NCBI GenBank assembly: GCA_964016885.1
Contig: OZ024757.1
Coordinates: forward strand, 15,500,001-15,564,000
Length of the DNA stretch: 64,000 nucleotides
Source of the DNA: Eledone cirrhosa
Lineage: Eukaryota
Direction of reading: 5' to 3'
Within the stretch, counting starts at the first letter, position 1. Each line of letters begins with the position of its first letter. A program made the position numbers and the translations under genes. Shown here piece after piece: positions 54,081-64,000 of the stretch. The notes beneath the pieces are model-generated. The model saw only the letters and a program-made list of their open reading frames with translations. It was not told where the DNA came from and did no database searches.

Positions 54081-54144
54081 ATTCGTTCTGACGACTGAAG
54101 ACAGATATAAATATCTGTCTTCAAGAAACCACTGGTAAATGAAT
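54081..54144 (+). ncRNA. Type I hammerhead ribozyme (family H4), most complete copy
   Basis: Stem I ATTCGTT/AATGAAT, core CTGACGA, 12-bp stem II TGAAGACAGATA(TAAA)TATCTGTCTTCA, GAAA, stem III ACC(ACT)GGT, GUA triplet with predicted cleavage after 54137. Confidence 0.8.
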
Positions 54145-54184
54145 TAATTATCTTATGTTGTTTATTACATAACTATATATATGT

Positions 54185-54955
54185 GTAGAGGACCTGCGCA
54201 GACTAGAAAGGAACAAAGCATGCATGTTCCATTGGATGTGTAACAGTAATATACGTGAACGGCAAAGCATAAATGAACTAAGTGAGAAATTAGGAATAAG
54301 AGGGATCAGATGCTGTTTACTCGAGAGAAGACTACATTGGTATGGCCACGTGATGCGCATGAAAGACGACAGCTGTATAAAAAAGTGCAGGGTGATCAAA
54401 ATTGATGGTAGTTATGGAGTAGGTAGACCCAGAAAAACCTGGGACGATCTGATAAATTCTGACCTTACACACTTACACCTCTCTAAGACAATGTCACTGG
54501 ACCGAGATCTTTGGCGCTACGCAGTAATACAGAAGACCCGCCTTGCCTATGTACAAAGCGAAACCTACAGTCAGTAGGCACCTCTTAACCAAATATACAC
54601 CCAAATCCACTACCCCTACCCTCCCACTCCCACCAACACCACCCTCTCTCTGTAAGGTTGGTACCACAACATCCAGTCCAAATAAATGAGATAATGAGAT
54701 TGAGATCGTGTAGGTGTCACGACAACAAAAAACACACAGTCCACGTTGTAATGTGGCCGTGTAGGTAACATGGTAAAAAGTTCCCAGTTCCACACTGTAA
54801 ATGTGGTTGGTGTTAGGAAGGGCATCCAGCCGTAGAAAACCTGCCAGATAGTCCTATATGAGCGAGAGACAGTCTCCCAACCAAACTTGCCTCAAGTGGG
54901 ACAACTCCCGTCTAACCCATGCTAGCGTGGAAGATGGACGTTAAACGATAATGAT

Positions 54956-54987
<32 letters not shown>
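54185..54987 (+). mobile_element. RTE subfamily A 3' end
   Basis: ORF 54224-54577 (RRLHWYGHVMR...GRPRKTW), followed by the V-like UTR and (GAT)n. Confidence 0.9.
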
Positions 54988-55394
54988 AAAGGGTAGGGGT
55001 AAAGATCCCTTCGGTCATGAATGATCATGGGATTTGCACCAAGAAAGTTACCCTTCAAGACACGAGACCAGTGGTTGCCCATGCAAACCAGCTTCCCCTC
55101 TCCATGCCACCAATGTTGTCCAAGGCTGACACAGCTTGGCACTTGTGATGTCACAACTCATTTCCACAGCTGAGTAAACTGGAGAAATGTGAAATAAAGA
55201 GTCTTGCTCAAGGACATAACACATCACCTGGTCCGAGAATCAAACTCACAACCTCCAGATTGCAAGCTCAATGCGTTAACCATTAAGCCATGTGCCTTCA
55301 TGTATATATCATGTATAATGATCATGTGGCTCTAGGAGAGAATTAGAGCTATATAGATTAAGAGTTGCTAGTTAGACTAGTAAGAGCATATTCA

Positions 55395-55511
55395 GCAAAG
55401 TACTCAATACTTGGGAAATAAGAGTATATGCATATTTAAAAGTTAGTGTCAAACAGCTGAGTTCATGCTGTTGAAATGGTAGGAGCTCAGCTGTTGGACA
55501 CTAACTTTTAA

Positions 55512-55514
<3 letters not shown>
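55395..55514 (-). mobile_element. Diverged F1 snap-back element
   Basis: AAAGTACTCAATACTTGGG, then a hairpin at 55433-55514 (TATTTAAAAGTTAGTGTC...GACACTAACTTTTAAATA). A single-arm relic lies at ~55912-55975. Confidence 0.7.
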
Positions 55515-55553
<39 letters not shown>

Positions 55554-55557
<4 letters not shown>

Positions 55558-55895
55558 TCATCATCATCATCATTTTACGTCCACTTTTCCCTGCTTGCAA
55601 GGGTGGGACGGGAACTGATTCTGGCTTGATTTCTACAGCTGGATGCCCTTCCTAACACCAACCTCATTTACAGTGAGTGCTGGGTGCTTTTTTGCCGTGG
55701 CACCTCCACGACCACTTTACAGTGGAATGATAGGGACCCCAGTCCCTATCATCTCATTTCTACAGCTGAGTAAACTGGAGCAATGTGAAATAAAGTGTCT
55801 TGCTCAAGGAAACAACACATCACCCGGTCTGAGAATTGAACTCACAACCTTTCGATTGCAAGGCCAATGCTCTAACCACTAAGCCATGTGCCTCC
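55554..55895 (-). mobile_element. Chimeric SINE copy 8
   Basis: Near-identical to the other copies. Confidence 0.9.
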
Positions 55896-56329
55896 TATAT
55901 ATATTTATATATGTGAAAAGATTCAGGAACCCGACGGCTGAGCTCTGGCCATTTCGACAACTAGATCTGAACCAGAGAACTCGATACTCCAAGTATCAAC
56001 ACGGTCACCTGACCCAACTTGCCTCAAACGGGACAACCCGTCTAACCCATGCGAGCGTGAAAAAATAGACATGAAATGATGATGATGAAGATGATATATA
56101 TACATACATACTACACATATAATGTATGGGTTAGTGTCAAGAGGGTACATAACTGAAGAAAATCTGCCTCAAGAGGTCTCGCCCATGCAAGTATGGAAAA
56201 GCGGAATGTTAAAATTATGATGAACACACAACCATCATCCTTATCATTTAATGTCTATATTTTCATGTTGACATGGGTTGGGCAGGTAGTGAAGGGCAAT
56301 ACTTAATCAGAGGCATTGTATCTCTAGAT

Positions 56330-56526
56330 CAAGTATGTCAAATTGAGGGTCACCCGAGGTCCACATGGGTCACATATGTGTTGTCATAATTTCACACACA
56401 ACTAATTTTTTAAATTTTATATTACAAAGATAAAACATGCTTGCACTGTAAAAACCCTAGTGCAAGCCGCAGGTATGCTTGTAAAGGGCCGCATGCATCC
56501 CACAGGCTGCATGTTTGACATGCCTG
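56330..56526. mobile_element. hAT-type MITE
   Basis: Ends CAAGTATGTCAAA / TTTGACATGCCTG; 8-bp flanks CTCTAGAT/CTCAAGAT. Confidence 0.7.
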
Positions 56527-56549
56527 CTCAAGATGGAATTACATACATT

Positions 56550-57185
56550 CCAGTTTTGGCTTGATTTCTACAACTGGATGACCTTCCTTGCTTTACAGAG
56601 TGTACTGGGTACAATTTATGGTACCAGTACTAAGGAAGCTATCATGTCCTTAATACAACTGAACAGCCCATTCGAATTTTTGTTTGATATGGTTTCTACA
56701 TCTGGATGCCCTTCCTAATGCCAACCATTTTACAGAGTGTACTGGGTGCATTTTATCATGGTACTAATACTAAGTAAGCTATCATGTCCTTAATACAACT
56801 GAACAGCCCATTCAAGTTTTTGTTTGACATGGTTTTTACATCTGGGTGCCTTTCCTAATGCCAACCAATTTACAGAGTGTACTGGGTGCATTTTATCATG
56901 GTACCAGTACTAAGGAATCTATCATGTCCTTAATACAACTGAACAACCCATTCGAGATTTTGTTTGACATGGTTTTTACATCTGGGTGCCCTTCCTAATG
57001 CCAACTAATTTACAGAGTGTACTGGGTGCATTTTATCATGGTATCAGTACTAAGGAATCTATCATGTCCTTAATACAACTGAACAGCCCATTCAAGTTTT
57101 TGTTTGACATGGTTTTTACATCTGGGTACCCTTCCTAATGCCAACAATTTTACAGTGTACTGGGTCCATTTTATCATGGTACCAG
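56550..57185 (-). repeat. 140-bp tandem array of V-domain-like units
   Basis: Units at 56621, 56761, 56901, 57041 and ~57179, each containing TTCTACATCTGGATGCCCTTCCTAATGCCAAC. Confidence 0.85.
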
Positions 57186-58048
57186 AAGTAGGGATTTATT
57201 TTTACAATCATATATGCATATGTCTGTGTGTTTATAATGGATTAATTAGAGAGAAATAGACAGGCCCTATGTCTTCTTTGCCTGGTGGAGTGATGGGAGA
57301 AAAGGACCATTACAAATGCTTCTCAAACTAGGAAAATATCAAAGACTGGTTCAGAATATTTGCATCGAAAGATTTGTACTGTTAGATCTAAAATGTCCTT
57401 AAAATAAACTTTGTAGTGTAGATAGTGTCCTCAAGGTCTATAGATAAACTGTCAGCATGATCTACAGTAAAGCTTTATACAAAATGTCAGGAGGCTTCTT
57501 TAGTTGTGCCATAACCATGACAGCCTCCCTAGTTTTAGTAATCTACTCAATAAATGCACCAAGTACATTCTGTAAAGTTTTGGGAAATGAGAAGGCTAGC
57601 AAGCCATAGAAACCGTGCCAAACAAAGGTCAGAAGGCCCCTTTAATTGTGACATAGACATGACAGCCTGCCTAGTGTTGGTGATCTACATGATAAACATA
57701 CCATGTACACTCTGTAATGTGGTTGGGGGAAGACCCTTCAGCTGTGTCAAAGGCATGATGACTTCCATAGTGTAGGTGGTCTCCATGATGAAATACACTT
57801 GTAAGAGCATAAGAACATATGTAAGCAAGGTGCAGGCCCCACCATACCATCTGAGCATTTGGTAGAAGTGAGACGCAGGCCACATGGCACATTTTAGAGG
57901 TCAGTAGCTCCTCATGAGCACTGACTCAATTTGTGATGACCCATCCAATCCTTGCTAGCAGAGAAAACGATTATTAAATGATGATGGTGATGATGATGAT
58001 GATGATAATGGCATATAGCATATTTACATACATACACACAAACATACA

Positions 58049-58394
58049 TATCATCATCATCGTCATCATCATTTTACGTCCGCTTTTCCCTGCTTGCAAG
58101 GGTGGGACGGGAACTGATTCTGGCTTGATTTCTACAGCTGGATGCCCTTCCTAACACCAACCTCATTTACAGTGAGTGCTGGGTACTTTTTTGCCGTGGC
58201 ACCTCCACGACCACTTTACAGTGGAATGATAGGGACCCCAATCCCTATCATCTCATTTCTACAGCTGAGTAAACTGGAGCAATGTGAAATAAAGTGTCTT
58301 GCTCAAGGACACAACACATCACCCGGTCTGAGAATTGAACTCACAACCTTTCGATTGCAAGGCCAATGCTCTAACCATTAAGCCATGTGCCTCC
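58049..58394 (-). mobile_element. Chimeric SINE copy 9
   Basis: Near-identical to the other copies. Confidence 0.9.
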
Positions 58395-59489
58395 ATATAT
58401 ACTACAATTACACACTCACACACAGATACAGACATCCACATACATATACTCATAAATACACGCACACATACATACACACATATACATACATACAATTACG
58501 CACTCACGCAGATACAAACATACACCTACAGACGCTCACAAATACACACACACATATACATAAGCACACATATACATACATACAATTACACTCACATACA
58601 GATAGACATACACCTACAGATGCTCACAAATACACACACACATACATAAGCACACATATACATACATACAATTACACTCACATACAGATAGACATACACC
58701 TACAGACGCTCACAAATACACACACACACACATATACATAAGCACACATATACATACATACAATTACACTCACATACAGAGACAGACATACACATACAAA
58801 TGCTCACAAATACACATACATAAACACACACAAACACACATATATACAATTATACACACATGGATACAAAGACATTCACATACAAACACTCACAGACACA
58901 CACACACACACACAAACATAGATACAACTAAAGAGGTCTCTGTGTGGTCATTCAACCTGCTAGAAATAACAACCAAATACCTTTCAAACAACACCCTACT
59001 GTTTTAAATAAGGAATTACTTTAACTAATGTACTTCCTTACCTACTAGATAGTCATGGTTGGATTAACTTAAATAGGGCAGATATATTACAGCATACATA
59101 CAACTAAAACAACAACAGACAAACACACACACATATATATCGTCATCATCGTTTTTACGTCTGCTTTTCTATATATATATATATGTACACATATATATGT
59201 GTGTCTATATATGTACACATATATATATATGTGTATATATACATATATATATATATATATGTGTATATATACATATATATATGTGTGTATATATACATAT
59301 ATATATATATGTGTATATATACATATATATATGTGTGTATATATACATATATATATATATATATGTTTATATATTATACACACACATATATATATGTATA
59401 AAGCATAATACAGTTTATACAACAACGTTATTATTTGGAAACACAAATATACACTCACAAAAATAGAAGTTTTAAAAATATATAATAAT

Positions 59490-60095
59490 GATAATAATTG
59501 TTTTTACTTTAGGCACAAGGCCAGCAATTTGGGGGTAGGAGTAAGATCATTAAATAGACCCCAGTGTATTTCTGGTGCTTTATTTTATCGACCCTGTAAG
59601 GTTAAAAGGCAAAGCTAACCTTGGTGGGTTTTGAACTCATAATAATAATGGTTTCTTATACAAGGCCAGCAATTTCGGGGGAGGGAGAAAGTCGATTAAA
59701 TAGACCCCACTTCGTGAATGATACTTTATTTTATCGACCCCCGCAAGGATGAAAGGCAAAGTTAACCTCAGCAGGATTAGAACTCAGAACGTAAAGGGCC
59801 ATAACTCTAAGCTGCATAGCATGGTGTCTGACGCTCTACCGATACTTCCAAACCACTGCGCTTAATAATAATTGTTTCTACATTAGGCACAAGGCCAGCA
59901 ATTACCCAGTGCATTACTGGTACTTTATTTTATCGACCCCGTAAGGATGAAAGGCAAAGTCATCCTTAATAATAATGGTTTCTAATTTAGGCACAAGGCC
60001 AACAATTTTCCCAGGAAAGGGCAAATCGATTAAATCAACCACAGAGCATTACTGGGGCTTTATTTTATCGACCCCGTAAGGATGAAAAGCAAAAG
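59490..60095 (-). mobile_element. Four tandem Meta-like SINE copies
   Basis: Repeated (TAA)n-TTGTTTCTA...GGCACAAGGCCAGCAATT...TTTATCGACCCCGTAAGGATGAAAGGCAAAG. Confidence 0.8.
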
Positions 60096-60479
60096 GAGAA
60101 TACGTATTTTTTAATGTATACATATATTAGTTCTTTAATGTCTTTTAACCATTCTTTTTGTGTATATGTGTATCTACGTGTTTGCACTGACTAATCTGCC
60201 TTGGGCACGAATTTCAATCAACTAATCTTATTGGAGTTATTTCCCTTGCCTGTTTTGCTAATATTTTGAAACCTACTAGAGGGAGTCCAGTTATGGCCAT
60301 CACTGTATAGTGGAGGAGCTGTTTCAATACTGGGTTCTCAACAGGCACCAGGATAAAATTATGAGAAAAATCGTTAGCCCATTAAATTTGGTTTTAATAT
60401 GTAGTAGAGAACCCCTTCTCGAGAATAAGGGAGACAATCCCAAATTCTGAATTTCTCAGGGCAAGAAACTTTGAAATAT

Positions 60480-60966
60480 GCATATGTATAATGGGTCCAT
60501 GTGTAATGTGTGCATGTGCAATGTGTAATGTGTGCATATGTAATGTATGTATGTGTGTATGTGTAATGTGTGCATGTGTAATGTGTGCATGTGTAATGTG
60601 TGCATGTGTAATGTATGCATGTGTAATGTGTGCATGTGTAATGTGTGCATGTCTAATGTGTGTATGTGTAATGCGTGTATGTGTAATGTGTGCATGTGTA
60701 ATGTGTGCATGTGTAATGTGTGTGTAATGTGTGTATGTGTAATGTGTGTGTAATGTATGTATGTGTAATGTGTGTGTAATGTATGTATGTGTAATGTGCA
60801 TATGTGTGATGTGTGTATATGTAATGTGTGTATATGTAATGTGTGTATATGTAATGTGTGTGTATGTTTAATGTGTGTGTAATGTGTGTATGTGTAATGT
60901 GTGTATGTGTAATGTGTGTGTGTGTAATGTGTGTGTAATGTGTGTGTAATGTGTGTGTAATGTGCA
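60480..60966. repeat. 15-bp minisatellite (GTGTAATGTGTGCAT)n and variants
   Basis: Direct inspection. Confidence 0.9.
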
Positions 60967-61770
60967 TGGGACTTGAGCTGTAAGCTAATTATCGAAAAAA
61001 CCTAAACACTTTAAAGGAGTTTGTTACAAATGGAGATGGCACATTGTTTACCCTGGTGATATGACATAAAAACACACAATCCACCCTGTTAGATGGCTGT
61101 TTTGGGGTCATGATGAAAAGCACCCAGACCACCGTGTTACATAATTGTTTCGATGCTACAATAAAAAACACGCAGCCCACCTGATTAAATGGTCGTTTTG
61201 GTGCCATGATAAAAAGCATCCAGTCAGCGTTTTAATGTGGCTTGTATTAAGAAGGGCATCAACCCATAAAAACTAAACTAAAAACAGATCCATATGAGCA
61301 AGACATGGTCACCTGACCTGAGTAAGACATGGTCACCTGACCTAGCAAGACATAGTCACCTGACCTGATTTGTTACATAACGTGGCAACCTCTCTAACTC
61401 ATGTAAGTGTGCTAAATTGATGGTAAGTGATGATAATGACCTGTGTTTGTGTATACAGATGAGTCTAAAGAAACATGGTTTAGTTGACCTCCTTATCAAG
61501 TTGCTTCTCACAGGAGGTTTCTAGAGTGTTTTTAAACCATTTCTGCTTCTACCGCTTTGAAATAAAATTGTTTATTATAAAGTGTTTATATATAAAAGCT
61601 TTCCATGATAATTTCTTGTTACAACCTTTGTTAAGTTATGTTCCAAACAACAGCATAATAATGAGAAAGTTATTTTACTAAATCCCTCCAAAATTTTGAT
61701 TACTAAAAAAAAAAAAAAAAAATATTTGAAACATATAGACAATGTCTTTCTTTAGAGGTTTCTTGATGTT

Positions 61771-62323
61771 TTAACCCTTTAGCATTCAAACCGACTGTAT
61801 TTGGCCAGATGTCTCTCACCTCTTTCTGTTAAAACTGGCCATACTTATACTAACTGCTCATACTTATGTTAAAGTATTGTTCTCAAAATAAATAATATCA
61901 AAATCTCATAGATTCAATATTATGTGAGATAATTATATGAAGTAAAACCTATACCATGAAAATATGATAGTAAATATAGAGTAATATAGAGGCTAAAGGG
62001 TTAATGATAGGATCTCCAATAATTGAGCCACAACACTATTATGATAAGTTTAACGCCTCAACCCCTGGGCCGCATGTCTGAATGTATATGAATCTTGTAT
62101 CACATTTGGTGATGAGTATTAACCATTTAGCATTTACATTACTCTATATTTACTATTGTATTTTTGTGGTAAAGACTTTATCTCACTCACATAATATAGA
62201 ATCTATGAGATTTTGAGAACAATACCTTAACATAAGTATGAGTGGCTGGTTACAGCCAGTTTTAACAGAAAGAGGTGAGAGAATTCTGGCCGGATATGGT
62301 CAGTTTAAATGTTAAAGGGTTAA
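61771..62323. mobile_element. Composite foldback of two inverted piggyBac-type MITE units around a shared spacer
   Basis: Units 61775-61999 and 62123-62319 face each other, all boundaries are TTAA, and the spacer is the reverse complement of ~29192-29302. Confidence 0.8.
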
Positions 62324-62754
62324 AGTTATGCAACCAAGAGGGCTGCCTATTTTGGGAATTATATTGGCTGAATATTCCACAATCACATGTATTCTTAACA
62401 CAACACTCACACAGAATTAGTCACATAGTCTGACAAGCCTGAATCTTTGAATTACAGTTACTATAAATGGCTGAGTATTCTACAGGCATGTGTACCTTGA
62501 CTGAAATTCCCTGCCAATATCAGCAAAATATACTGGGTGACCAGACTGGCCATTTGCTGGACTACAACACAGTTTTCATCAACCAAATATCACTTACAAG
62601 GTAGGGCTGAAACTGAAGGCATAGTAAAAGACAAAAGATGCCATAATGTGGGTGAGAACTCCTGTTCTATGACTGTGAAGTAAAGAAACTTCTTGACCAC
62701 ATGGCAATGCTTGCACATATATATGTATATATGCATATATATACACAAACACAC

Positions 62755-62818
<64 letters not shown>

Positions 62819-62832
62819 TATATAAACATATA

Positions 62833-62870
<38 letters not shown>

Positions 62871-62882
62871 TATATGTATATA

Positions 62883-62913
<31 letters not shown>

Positions 62914-63039
62914 GCATAAACATATATATATGTATATATGCATAAACATATATATATATATACATATATGTATACATCCATACATACATAAACATATATA
63001 TATATACATACAAACACATGTACATGCAAGTGCTTTTGT

Positions 63040-64000
63040 GTATGCATAGATACATGGATGCATAGAAGCATGTATGTATATGTGTATCTGTATGCATACA
63101 TGTATGCATATATGTGTGTATGTGTCTGTATGTATGTATGCATGCATGTATGTATGTGTGTGTGTCTTTATGTATGTGTGTTTATATGAATGTATCTATG
63201 TATGCATGTATATGTGTATCTGTATGCATACATGTATGCATGTATGTGTGTATGTGTCTGTATGTATGCATGCATGTATGTATGTATGTATGTGTATGTG
63301 TCTTTATATATGTCTGTTTATATGAATATATCTATGTATGCATGTATATGTATATCTGTGTGCATGTATGTATATGTGTATCTGTATGCATACATGTATG
63401 CATCTATGTGTGTATGTGTCTGTATGTATGCATGCATGTATGTATGTGTGTGTATGTGTCTTTATGTATGTGTGTTTATATGAATATATCTATGTATGCA
63501 TGTATATGTATATCTGTGTGCATGTATGTATATGTGTATCTGTATGCATACATGTATGCATGTATGTGTGTATGTGCCTGTATGTATGCATGCATGTATG
63601 TATGTATGTGTATGTGTCTTTATGTATGTGTGTTTATATGAATGTATCTATGTATGCATGTATATCTGTGTGTGTATGGTAAGTGTATAAAAGTATGTGT
63701 GTGTATGTGTCTATGTATGTGTGTTTATATGACTGTATCTATGTATGCATGTATATGTATATGTGTGTGTGTATGGTAAGTGTATAAAAGTATGTGTGTG
63801 TATGTGTCTATGTATGTGTGTTTATATGAATGTATCTATGTATGCATGTATATGTATATCTGTGTGTGTATGGTAAGTGTATAAAAGTATGTGTGTATGT
63901 GTCTATGTATGTGTGTTTATATGAATGTATCTATGTATGCATGTATATGTATATCTGTGTGTGTATGGTAAGTGTATAAAAGTATGTGTGTGTATGTGTC
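63040..64000. repeat. (TG/TATG)-derived satellite with ~90-100-bp higher-order units
   Basis: GGTAAGTGTATAAAAG recurs at ~63678, 63775, 63872 and 63967. Confidence 0.9.

Overview
A repeat-saturated, essentially gene-free eukaryotic window. Its composition (long (TA)n/(TACA)n tracts, tRNA-headed SINEs, RTE LINEs with (GAT)n tails) is most consistent with a coleoid cephalopod such as Octopus; this is an inference. Nearly all ORFs in the supplied track are microsatellite or SINE artefacts. Real coding relics are all from transposons: several RTE-clade LINE fragments (one with an uninterrupted 420-aa RT/C-terminal ORF), a deleted mariner, a hAT/Charlie transposase C-terminus and a CRE-like endonuclease fragment. 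The most striking signal, which the ORF track does not show, is a set of small elements sitting in or beside (TA)n tracts. About a dozen carry type I hammerhead-ribozyme cores (CTGANGA...GAAA) in several sequence families. One is a nearly complete hammerhead (54081-54144) and one pair shows compensatory stem II changes. Two other families end in copy-specific snap-back palindromes and share a GTATTGAGTAC-like motif. Together these suggest an ORF-less, microsatellite-targeted, Penelope/retrozyme-like retroelement system. Also present: a young chimeric SINE whose tail matches an RTE LINE in the same window, a twin-primed RTE insertion, a composite piggyBac-type MITE found twice, several TE-derived satellites and two weak candidate host exons. 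Coordinates were read by eye and may be off by a few bases.
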